Below the pieces are notes generated by a model that saw only the letters and a program-made list of their open reading frames with translations, did no database searches and was not told where the DNA came from. From Macrostomum lignano (taxonomy: Eukaryota), in assembly GCA_002269645.1 (NCBI GenBank), contig NIVC01002636.1, forward strand, positions 1 to 41,958: DNA of 41,958 nucleotides, read 5' to 3'. Position 1 is the stretch's first letter; each line of letters starts with the position of its first letter. Both the position numbers and the translations under genes were made by a program. Positions 1 to 11,200 of the stretch are shown here, piece by piece.

Positions 1-161
1 AATTTTTTTAAATTCGTAGAAATCACTGTACACACAGCAAGCTTAGTTTTGCTGCTTAGATTCCACTTGAAAGAAAATCCGGCAGCTGATGAGAACCTCT
101 GAGCCAGAAAAACCAGGAACGAGCGTAATTTCATAATGTAAAATGTGCTCGATACTTGCAG

Positions 162-3100
162 GCGGCACCTTCGTGGCCCAGTCGCAGTCCCCGTGCACCG
201 CCCGAGTCACCCGGCTCACCTACTCCGACCGAATCTACGTGCTCGTGCGATCCAAGACCGGCGAGCAGATCGGAGACGTCCAGTACCTCGAGAAGCCGAC
301 AATCGAGGAGGACCTCGTCAAGCTGAAGGACAAGGACCGCGAGAATAAAGAGCTCATCAGCTCGACTGTCGAGGCCGGCATCAAGTGCGAGTTCCTGCGA
401 CACGGCATCGACATCATCGACTCGCCAGGACTGAACGAGAACTCGTCTCTGGACTCGCTGACGCTGGGAGCAATCGACTCGTTTCTACCGATCATCATCT
501 ACGTCATCGACTCGAACACGGGCATCACCGTTGCCGTGAGTTCTAATAAAAATTTCCGACTTCTAACAATGTATTGCAGCTTGCCACTATCGTACAATCT
601 GTGATCATTAATAATAATTGGTGTGAAAGGAATCCAGAGAAGGCCCCATGCAGTATATTTCTGTTAGCAATTCTGTTGACATTTTATTCTTCCACCGAAC
701 TACTAAAACTGCAGGTCCAAAACGACTTAACAAGAATTAAGCAAACGGTGCTGGGAGCTGAGGTGTTCTATCTTGTCACTAAGATGGATGTCTCGAAAGA
801 CACAGAGCAGGAAGCCAATCAAACAGCGCAGGAGATTGAAGAAGAGAAGGCCGAGCGCGTCTTCTCCAAGCTGCAGAGTCTCAAATGCATCAGCCCGAAT
901 GAAACCAAAGAGAAATGCAGCAAGTTTCTTTGCGTCTCGTGTTGGAAAGTAAGGGGATTCCGTCGCAAAAAGGAACTCATGATCAAGAAGAACAAGCTCG
1001 ACCCTGAGGCTCTCAAGGAGATGGAGAATTCAAAGTGGGTCAGACGATTCGAGGAGGTCAAGACGAGAATTCTCAAGTTCGCTCAGGATCAATTTCGAAA
1101 CCTCATCGTGAGTTCTGGTGGCGGCCTGAGGCGCATTCAAAGCGAGATTCTCACACTGTTCATGGACAAGGCCACCAACATCAAAGAGTCGAACTTGCGC
1201 AAGAAGAAGGCGCTCTACCAAATCAAGAGCCTGGAGCAGGAGATCCACAAGCAGTCTAAGAGCATCGTGGAGAAAAATCGAGACGAGCTGTTGAGACAAG
1301 CAGGTCTATTCTTTGCCGAAAGAAGCCGCTCATTCTCGACGAAGTCAGAGCGCTGAAGTACTCGGAGTCAGTGATTACCGCCGATATGTCTCGGAAAGAC
1401 ATTGAGAAGAAGTGCGTCGATGAGATTCGTGCTCTCATCAACGACAGAATAATTGCGTCATTCTGCGACTTCCTCAAAGGTGGCGCTCTGAAGGACATGC
1501 CAAAGAATTCGACGACTTAAGCAGGTTGCGCAGAGTACGAAAGAATGTGAAACAGACGCCCGTACCAGGTGTTAAAGAAGACCCTGCTCGAAGGCTACTC
1601 GTTGTCGTCAAGGACTCAGACCGGTTTTAATGTTATAATAATTCAGGATAAAACGTTGTGAACAGATATAAAAAATCCAGGTCTCGTTTTTCAATCTCCA
1701 CACCGATCCAGGATCAAACTGGAAGGAATATCAGGCAGAAAAGTATCTAGGTAGTAACTTATGTATTTTTCAGACATTGCATTTCTTCCTATGGAAAACG
1801 GTCGAACTAGTTCGCACAGTGTACAATTAATTTTTTGACTTATTTATTTGTAGAGGCAATCGAGCAAAGAAAATCTTGTCGAGTGCTCATCACTCGCTGA
1901 AGAATGGTTTGAAAAGTGCACAGAGAGTTTCTTGACAACATTGCTTCATCGGAGCAACTAGTCGAAAGCTGTATGAAGCTGACCGAGAAGGAGCGATCCG
2001 AGATCAAGACTCTATACCGCGAGTTGCTCGACTGCATATGCTTACGATGGATGTTATCTCCAAGTACAAGTACCGCGGGTTCCGATCGACACGGAAGGAA
2101 ATCTCGGATCCGGAGCTCAAGGTGAGGTGTTCCGAGTTTTGAACGAGAGCGGAGAGCCAGCGCTAGCGGCCAAGAGAATCGTATCCGACGAGCCTAGTCT
2201 TGACGATATCGCAACGGAAGTGTACCACAGCAGGTAAGTTACTATACTTGAGTAGATATAGTACACATATTTCGATCGCATAACTTCTAGTTCTCATAAT
2301 AGCATGAGAAGTTGTTACATTCCAGCGTTCTCAGCATGAAATCTCGTGCACGTAGTCGGCGTGAGGCTCCACAAAAGCAAATCTGATGAGAAGCGATGGA
2401 CAGTAGAGATCTACATGGAGCTGATGTGCTGCGACGCCTGGAATCTGATGCAGCGCCACAGGCTGCCCGTTCGACAGCGCCTGAAGATCGGCTTGGAGCT
2501 GGCGAAGGCCCTTCAGTTCCTTCACTCGAGCGAGCTGATTCACAGAGACGTGAAACTCGCCAACGTCCTCGTAAGCATTTTTTTAGAGTGGACCGACTGT
2601 TTTTATGATTTTAACAGCCCACAAACCCTTACAAACCCTCAGGTGAGTGAGGATTTAAGACAAGTGAAGCTGTCGGACTTCGGACTCATGAAGAGTACAG
2701 GCTTTGTAAACCGAACCTTAGTTGGAACGCCAATCTACCTTGCGCCTGAGCTGGTCCGAGGCGAGAGCTACCACACGAGCGCGGACGTCTTCAGTCTTGG
2801 AATCGCTCTTTGGTATCTTTTGTAAGTTCAAAAAAGATTGCGCGATGTTATTAGGTAAGGGGTAAATTATTATTAGGGGGTAACAGCTCGTAAGGAATTC
2901 TACACTGCCTGAGGGGCCGCTGCAGACAGTTGGAATGCCAGATGTCTTGCAGCGCAGTCGCCCTGGAGAGTCCAAGAGGTGGGTGACCACCTCACCCGGT
3001 AGCCCTGAGGTAGCGGACGAGCAAGCAGAGATTCTCGAGCCATTGATGCGAGATGCCATTGATTTAAATCCACAGCGAAGGCACGGGCAAGCGCCACCCG

Positions 3101-3310
3101 GAGTACGTCGAGATCATGCCCAGTGTCGGAGCCATCCTGCTCGCCGGCGCCCTGGACTGCAGGCCGACGCGGCTGCCCAACATGTCCGACCAGCCCGACC
3201 AGCTGTGGGACCTGATGGAGAGCTGCTGGAGCGGCACCCCAGACTCCAGGCCGACAGCGAAGGCAGCTGTAGAATCCCTGCAGAAAATTGTGGACTCGCT
3301 GGAGTCTTAG
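162..3310 (+). CDS. DSTYK-like: DSTYK/RIPK5-like dynamin-family GTPase-kinase, copy 1. 5' partial, kinase motifs intact, several 1-bp frameshifts as sequenced
   Basis: Exons 162-535, 715-1750, 1854-2233, 2326-2570, 2643-2821, 3076-3310, all with AG/GT ends and the same phases as copy 2. GTPase motifs SPCTARVT, DIIDSPGLNE, VTKMD. Kinase motifs GSGAQGEV, AAK, HRDVKLAN, DFG, GTPIYLAPE, DVFSLG, CWSGTPDSRP. Small deletions relative to copy 2 at about 1323, 1490-1730, 1860-1920, 2017, 2086 and 2326-2345. The P-loop exon lies upstream of the window. Confidence 0.8.
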
Positions 3311-3620
3311 ACGCTCTTACTAGGATGATTTCAATAATGCTAACCATGCATTGCTTACTCAATATTGCTCACTATTCTAACTATACTACTAGCTGATCCA
3401 GTGGCCAAGTTTGGTTAAATTATGAAAAAAATTAGCTCAGTTTTAATTTACAAGGAAAATGGTTGCTTTCTGCCGTTTAGACCCACTTCGCGTACATGTA
3501 AATGACAAGTAGTACAAACGCAGTACAAACTGGAATTCTATAACTCAGTTTTGGTGGAATGGTTTGAAAGCTGTTTCAATTGTGCCACCATAATGGTTTT
3601 TCACAGATATTAGAAGATTA

Positions 3621-3975
3621 AGTATTGGTTTTGTCAGCCTAACTGAGAGTGGAGCCATCCAAAGTGAGAATCCTGCCTACGCTGAATGCGAAGGGCCTGG
3701 CTGCGTCCAGCCTGGTCTATGAGCCATAGACTATAAAGGATAAGCTAGGATTGGCTAGTCATATAGCTCAGAACCTCAGAAGGTATAAAAATAAAATAAT
3801 ACGACACATAGACCAATCGATTCTCACATTGGATGGCTTTTTATCACTTTGCTTGTCCTTTATTGTCTATGGCCCATAGACTAAGGCTGCACGCAGCCGG
3901 GCCCTCGCAGTCAGCGTAGGCAGGATTCTCATTTTGGGTGGCTTTATTCTCAGTTAGGCTGACAAAAGCAATACT
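3621..3975. mobile_element. MITE-like element with about 120-bp imperfect terminal inverted repeats
   Basis: The left end agtattggttttgtcagcctaactgaga...gtctatgagccatagac is the reverse complement of the right end gtctatggcccatagac...tctcagttaggctgacaaaagcaatact. No ORF; target-site duplication not resolved. Confidence 0.8.
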
Positions 3976-5294
3976 ACACAATGATGCAAATTCAAGATGT
4001 TTTTCTAGCTTTCCTTTTCTTTTTCCTTTTCCTGGGTGATTTTTCTACCGTTTAATCAATCTGCCTTGATTGAACTCTATCTACTGCTTAGTTTGCGGTG
4101 CTCAATGAGTTGTGGGCCAAGAGTTCATTTAGACAAATATATGGCCACTAATTTAGTTTACTCAAGTAGCTCAATACCCATTCTGCATGCTTCTCTGACA
4201 GTTGCCAATCAGTAAATTGAAATTTTTATTGAATAAATTGCTACTCTCTCGACTTCTTATATTACGCTCTTCGTATAACTGCATGGTGGGATCGCCATCT
4301 GTCAGTTTCTTATTCATTATTTTTGTTCATTTGGCTTGATTTTTTGCGCAACTTGGAATCCAAATGAGGTAGGCTCAGTGAATGGATTTTGAGCGATTAA
4401 ATTTAAGACAAGCTTATCATTCAGACCGGACCGGATACCTGCTTATCATTCAGAGAAAATCGAAGGAATCACACGGATGACAGAAAGATCTTCATTCTGT
4501 TGCATCTCGAATTCACACGAGCCCGATGATGAACAGTTCATCACTCTAAAATCCTTGGAACTCATCTGAAGCAGTGAGCACTCGGTTATTAAAAGCGATT
4601 AAAAAGCTCAACGTCGCGGACTCAGGAGCCGATCAGTTTTCGATATCCATAGGGCATCCAAGCGAGAAACTGAAGCAAAGGAAAACATTCAGACGAATTA
4701 TCAATTTCTGGTACAGAAACTTTTCCACCGTTAGGTACGTACGCTCTTTATTCAGTTTGCACCCACCAAGTCTCCACCCTGAACCACTGGTCAACTTCTC
4801 TCAGGCGTCAGCCCCAAGTGCCGCAATTCACGCCACGCCTGCGGTTCTCGTCTCAACCATGTGGAGTGATTTGCGTCACAAGGCCCTGGCTTAGGCTGGT
4901 GAGTTTTGGCAAGAGTTGGATTAAAGCTCACATTTGTTGACCAATTTAACTTGGGGTGGACACTTTAACATATTGCCGAGTGTGAGGTTTTTTGTTAAAA
5001 TCAATCGGAGGAGTTTATACTCGTCTTAAAATCTTTAATGATTTTTTCCGGTATAATCTTTAGCTATACTCAATTACATTGAAGTCGCCGCCCTTTGCGC
5101 CAGTAAGTAGCTTCTATCGGACCTTCCTTTGAGAGTGTAAAGAGCCACACAATGTCATGAAACTGCGCCAGGCCTGCGCCAAAAGTCTTCCTCAAGATTT
5201 TTGCGGTGCCTCATTCCGGGGATGCCGCGAAGAATTTCTGTCTTGCTCGCGAAGGACGCACTCGTTATTAAGGCCTTTTCTGAATTGGCACTGT

Positions 5295-5957
5295 AAAACA
5301 AACAACAGCACAAACAAAATACACAGCTCGCATGCAGCGTCCCAGTGAGAGCAGGGCGCGTCAGATGGAGCGCCGCAGATCCTGAGAACGGACAAAGTTC
5401 GCCCATTGGCAGTGTCGGGCGCCCCTGCTTCGCATAGCAGGCAGTCCACATATCGACGGGTCGGGCCTGACCCCGCCTGAACGGACCCTGCAAGGTGAGC
5501 AGCAGGACGTCCTGAACAGGTTGGGGGCAGTAGCCCTCGGCCCGGATCACGTGGCCCGCCAGTTGAAGTCGCCGCCGGCGCAGGATGATGGACGGGCGCC
5601 GCAGCTTGGCCCGATCGTACAGGGCCTCGGTCTCGACGCTCTCGTCAGCTCGAAAGGCCGCACGGAGCAGCCCTGAGTGTGCCGAGTCCAGCTGCCGCTC
5701 TAGCGTAGCCGTCAGCGTCCACGTCTCGGCGTTGTATAGCAGGATGGTTTCGACCATCGCCTACCATAGCCGAGCTGTCTGGCGGTCGGGCAGCGCTTCG
5801 GACTGAGGGACGGCTCGGATCGAACGGAAGGTCGCCCAGGCAAGTCCTCTGCGCCGCCGGAGGACTTTCACCACGTGGAGTACCAGACCGCCGAGGTAGG
5901 TGAACCCAGTCCAGCAGCAGCACGAAGAGGAACGGCGCTCTCCGCAGCGCAACAGCA
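5295..5957 (-). mobile_element. RTE-clade LINE, 3' part (RT thumb and C-terminal region, short-repeat tail), degraded
   Basis: FTYLGG, then MVETILLYNAETWTLTATLERQLDSAHSGLLRAAF...RRRRLQLAGHVIR, typical of the RTE ORF C-terminus. A tgtt/gttt-like tail lies near 5295-5320. Confidence 0.85.
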
Positions 5958-6610
5958 CTGAGGTACCTCGAGGAGCGCGGCTCCCACCCGATTAGCGTCT
6001 GGACCGACTACAGCGGTGATCATCACTCCATCCTGGGCCGGGTCGTCACCAGCGCTGCAGGGAATATCTGCAGCAGCACCCAGGCAGAGCTACAAGCCAT
6101 CCTGCTGGCCATTCAGAATACTAGAGAACATCAATGTATCGACATTTTCACCGACTCCCAGGCGGCCATTCACAGCATCATGGCGGGCCAGCGCAGCAAC
6201 AGCCGGCTCGTATCCGAAATTTGGAACCAGAGTAACGGACACTCCATCCGCATCACCTGGATCCCGGCTCACTGCGGCATCCCCATGAATGAACGCGCAG
6301 ACAGGGCGGCTAGATTGGCGACCGCTGATCAGAGCAATCATGACGCGCCCCTCATGACAGCCAGTGCTTACCTGGATGCCATGCCAAAAGACGAAAACTA
6401 GATCTCGAGCTTTGGGGCCGCAACGCTCGTGGCCAAAGCTCCCAGCCCTCCCGAGGAGACTAGAGGTCCTGGTCAACCAGCTCCGTGCCGGCTGCAGCAA
6501 CCTCGCCGCCGCCACCAGATTCCGGCTCGGCCTGTCCGACTCCGACGTGTGCCCGGACTGCGGAGCACGTGACACCGAGCAACAACATCCTGTTTGGCTG
6601 CCCAAGAGGG
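5958..6610 (+). mobile_element. Fragment of an RNase H-bearing non-LTR retrotransposon (I/Ingi/Loa group-like): RNase H plus C-terminal Cys/His motif
   Basis: Frame from 5958 reads ISVWTD...STQAELQAILLAI...IDIFTDSQAAI...ITWIPAHCGIPMNERADRAAR, which has the D/E/D/H/D RNase HI residues. It is followed by NQLRAGCS...CPDCGARDTE and, after a frameshift, ILFGCP. Confidence 0.85.
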
Positions 6611-7325
6611 TTCGCGGCCCGCCCCGGCGAGCAAGATGCCCTTCTGGCGGACGCGAAAACGACCAGTACAGACTGCAGACGATCGAGCAGCAGCCGGTTG
6701 AAGAGCTTCGCGGTGCAGGACATCAGCGAGATCCCGCGGTGGTCTTCTTTCCGCGTTGTCCCTGCCTTTTCGGGATCGGCACGATGTGCGCGACAGTCCA
6801 CTCGGTGGATGCAGGGGCGCCGGCGAGCACGTGGGAGGCCACACAGCGGAGCCGAGCGCCTTGCCGCCTGGTGATTATCGAGCGAACAGCACAACGTCCT
6901 CCTTGGTGACTGGGCTTGTGCAGAAGTCCTCCTCAGCTGGGAGTGGCGTGTCCAGTGGGAGCGAAAAGCTAGTGGGCAGCGGCGACGCAGGCGCGTTCAC
7001 GATGCCGGCGAAGAAGTCGCGCAATTCATTCCTGCGCTCCTCCGGGGTGTCACCGACCAGATTCAGTGCCACGGGCTTTCTGCACCCGTGGCGTTAGAGT
7101 CCGAAAGGCTGTCCAAACTGCACGGCTCTTCACTTCGGGGCCGGCTGCAGTGATGGTCCGGACGGTGTTGTCGATAGCGGCTTGCTGCTGCTCGTCTAGA
7201 AAGCGCTCAAACGCGTCTTCAGCGTCACTGCCTGAGTGCGCCTGCCTGATGGTCGGGTCGCTCTGCCAGACAGGCTGCGATTTCTGCGCTTGCCGCATCA
7301 GCGGGACCGTCTGCTCCGCAGCAAG
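6610..7325 (-). mobile_element. RTE-clade LINE, upstream part (pre-RT region and start of RT), 5' truncated and frameshifted
   Basis: HRGISLMSCTAKLFNRLLLDRLQSVL (start of RT) preceded by ERRNELRDFFAGIVNAP...PVTKEDV and SRAVWTAFRTLT, spread over different frames. Confidence 0.8.
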
Positions 7326-7534
7326 CGAAGCAGTTAATGTTTTATTACATTTACATGTTGTTATTTGTGTATAACGCTATGCTCGTACTGGAAACCGGCA
7401 CATAAGCAAAGCTCAGCAAAACTTCTGTTTTCTGCTAGCTGCCATCTCCTTATTTTACTTTCTTCAAGATGGACCCTTGGAATCCGGCTCCCTGCGCCCC
7501 TGCGCTTACTGATAAGCAGCTCGTTGCAGCCAGC

Positions 7535-7659
7535 TTCTGTAGCTGGCGCCCCAACCCTTCTGTAGCTGGCGCCCCAACCCTTCTGTAGCTGGCGCCCCAA
7601 CCCTTCTGTAGCTGGCGCCCCAACCCTTCTGTAGCTGGCACCCCAACCCTTCTGTAGCT
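7535..7659. repeat. 23-bp minisatellite, about 5.5 copies
   Basis: Unit ttctgtagctggcgccccaaccc starting at 7535, 7558, 7581, 7604, 7627, with a partial copy at 7650. Confidence 0.95.
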
Positions 7660-8239
7660 CGTCCCTCTTAGAAGATGGGCAGGCCTAACTTCGGTGGGCT
7701 ATTTGTTGGCAAGAGCGTGAACTGTTGCTGCCATGAAATTTTCGACCATCTCTAAGATCTGCACTTGACTGCGTTGGCTGGTTCAAATTCAGTTGCATAA
7801 AATATTTCTTCAATTCAGTATCCAACCTGGAAACAGAGCCAGCTATCAGTTATGCAGTCCTTTGCACAGTCATGATTATGCAAAGTCTCGTTAAGCTTGT
7901 GCATACCAGCTTGAAGGACAACCGGAAACAGCAGTCTTGCTAGATGCTGAGTACATGCATTGTACATGCATACATCGTAGTTAGTGGCAAAGATCCAGAT
8001 CGATTCGTCAGCTCACTGTATGTTAAATACAGCACTAAAATATTATAACAAGAACGTGCTGGAATTACTGTCTTGTTTATCAGCACTAACTGTACCGACA
8101 ACCTCAAAGTGCTGCATCTTTGCTGTACACTGCAGCTCCTATCCTGCCCAGACCGCTAGCAGACCTGATAAAGGAGGCCATGGTCATTTTACAGGACCCG
8201 CAGCTGCATGTTTAGACCGGCAAAGAATGAAAGCTTAAA

Positions 8240-11200
8240 ATGTCGTTCCAAAATGCATCAGCCATGTCGGATGTTGACTCGTTGGAGAAAGAAATTTCTG
8301 AGTTTCACATCAACCGCGACCTGATCAGTGAGCAGCTGGAGAGCACCCAGGCTCTGCTGGATGGCCCCATCGCCAGCAGCCTGTCTGTGGAGTCATCCGA
8401 GGAGCTCAAGCAAAAGCTTCAACTGCCAACACTGACGAAAGCCATCAAGCGGCTGTACCGAGGCAACGAGACCGGCTCCAAGGATGACAGCAAGCCGTGC
8501 ATCATCATTGTTGGGCAAACCAAGTCGGGCAAGAGCTCCTTCATCAATGAGCTTTTAGGTAAGTTGAGAGTTAAACCCAGGATACAGACTGGCAAAATAT
8601 GTTCGCATGAAAATGCAGGTAAAACGGAGGAAGCTGAGTGCTCCCATCTAGAACACACTCAGCATATAGCCCGAACTAATGTGTTGCAGTTAAACATTGA
8701 GACCAGGTTTATGTTTTTTATATACATTGATTCAAGTATTTCCTAGGCGGCACCTTCGTGGCCCAGTCGCAGTCCCCGTGCACCGCCCGAGTCACCCGGC
8801 TCACCTACTCCGACCGAATCTACGTGCTCGTGCGATCCAAGACCGGCGAGCAGATCGGAGACGTCCAGTACCTCGAGAAGCCGACAATCGAGGAGGACCT
8901 CGTCAAGCTGAAGGACGAGGACCGCGAGAATGATGAGCTCATCAGCTCGACTGTCGAGGCCGGCATCAAGTGCGAGTTCCTGCGACACGGCATCGACATA
9001 TCGACTCGCCAGGACTGAACGAGAACTCGTCTCTGGACTCGCTGACGCTGGGGGCGATCGACTCGTTTCTACCGATCATCATCTACGTCATCGACTCGAA
9101 CTCGGGCATCACCATTGCCGTAAGGTCTTTTGTTCACGAGGCACTTTCAAATACCAGTAATAATACAGTGCAAATCAAATTCGCACTTTCTGCGAACTAA
9201 AATACATGAAAAACATTCCTAGGTCCAGAAAGATTTGAAAGCAATTCAACTCCCAGAGATTGGAGCTGAGGTGTTCTATCTAATTACCAAGATGGATGTG
9301 TCCAGAGAAACAGCGGTAGAATCATCAAGCACAACGGAGCAGATTGAAGAAGAGAAGGCCGAGCGCGTCTTCTCTAAGCTGCAGCGTCTCGGCTACATCA
9401 GCCCGAACGAAACCAGAGACACATGCAACAAGTTCCTTTGCGTCTCGTGTTGGGAAGTGAGGCGATTCCGTCGCAAAAAGGAACTCATGATCAAGAAGAA
9501 CAAGCTCGACCCTGAGGCTCTCAAGGAGATGGAGAACTCAAAGTGGGTCAGACGATTCGAGGAGGTCAAGACGAGAATTCTCAAGTTCGCTCAGGATCAA
9601 TTTCGAAACCTCATCGTGAGTTCTGGTGGCGGCCTGAGGCGCATTCAAAGCGAGATTCTCACACTGTTCATGGACAAGGCCACCAACATCAAAGAGTCGA
9701 ACTTGCGCAAGAAGAAGGCGCTCTACCAAATCAAGAGCCTGGAGCAGGAGATCCACCAGCAGTCTAAGAGCATCGTGGAGAAAAATCGAGACGAGCTGTT
9801 GAGACAAGCAGGTCTATTCTTCGCCGAAAGAAAGCCGCTCATTCTCGACGAAGTCAGAGCGCTGAAGTACTCGGAATCGGTGATTTCAGCCGATATGTCT
9901 CAGAAAGACATTGAGAAGAAGTGCGTCGATGAGATTCATGCTCTCATCAACGACAGAATAATTGCGTCATTCTGCGACTTCCTCAAGGATGGGGCTCTGA
10001 AGACTTGTCAAAACGATTTCGATCGTTTGAAGCAGGTAGTCGCAGAGTACGAGAAGGATGTGGAACAGACGCCTGCGTACCAGGTGTTAAAGAAGACGCT
10101 GCTCGTGGGCTACTCGTTGTCTTCGAAGGACTTTATGCTGGGTCCTTTGAGCATTATCCTCAGAAAGATGAAGCACTTCATCAAGCTAATAGTGAAGAAT
10201 CCAGGTCTTGTACTGTCAATGTCTACTCCTGTTGAAGATGAAAGGTGGAAGGAATATCAAGCAGATGTCTATCTTAGTGAGTTTTTCACATCTTTGAAAC
10301 AATGGCTTTTCATGGCGTGCTTTGCAATTCGCTCTTGGGATCTTGATTGTACTGTACTTTTCGTTTGCCTTTCCATGATAAGTTACGTAAAGAAATGATT
10401 GAAGCGCTATTTTTACATGCAAATGTATAATTGCAGGTTCAGTCAGCAAGGAAAATCTCGTTGACTGCCTCATCACTTCACTAAATGGGTGGTTCGAAAA
10501 CCAGCACAGGGAGTTCGTCGAAAAAATCACGTCATCGGAACAGCTGGTCGAAAAATCCATGAAGCTGACCGAGAAGGAGCGATCCGATATCAAGGCTCTT
10601 TACCCGAGAGTCGCTCGACTTCACCTGCTTACGATGGATGTTACCTCAAAGTACAAGTTTCGCGGATTTCGAATTGACACGGAAGGAAAGCTCAGATCTG
10701 CGGCTCAATGCGATATGTTTCGAGTTTTGAATGAGATCGGCGAGCCAACGCTCGCAGCTAAAAGGATAATTTCCTGTGAAACTAGTCTGGACGACATTGC
10801 GACAGAGGTGTACCACAGCAGGTAATGCAGCTTCATGTATTTATGGTAAAAAAGCCTGTTTTGGAATGGTCGTTCGAAGACGTGCTTAAAACGAAACGAG
10901 TCAAAAGTCGAAATTAAAAAGACTTACTCTTATTTGAAGAACTGTCTACTTCGGGCGTCCATTTCAAATAATCTCACAAATGAATAACTTTTGACAGGTC
11001 TTCTTATGACCAGTTTAAAAATAATAAAAATTCACAATTTTTTTCTGAACATTGCAGTCTGCATTATGCATGAATATCGATTTTTATGCCGTATCATTAC
11101 AGCGCTTTTGAGCATCCAAATCTGGTTCATGTAGTCGGCGTGCGGCTGCACAAGAGACGGCCGGAAGAGAACTGGTACACGGTGGAGATCTACATGGAGC

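Noticed and set aside
131-1299. Minus-strand ORFs duplicated at 8743-8988, 9393-9584 and 9538-9807
   Set aside because: They are antisense shadows of the near-identical DSTYK-like exons.
2880-2990. Extra kinase exon (NSTLPEGPLQTVGMPDVLQR)
   Set aside because: Exon 2643-2821 joins 3076 directly in phase 2 (LWYLFEGTGKRHPEY), as in copy 2, so this segment is intronic.
4574-4894. Isolated ORFs 4574-4894, 12660-12983, 23097-23771, 39987-41140 and 41306-41575
   Set aside because: No recognisable motifs, no consistent splice partners and non-coding-like composition.
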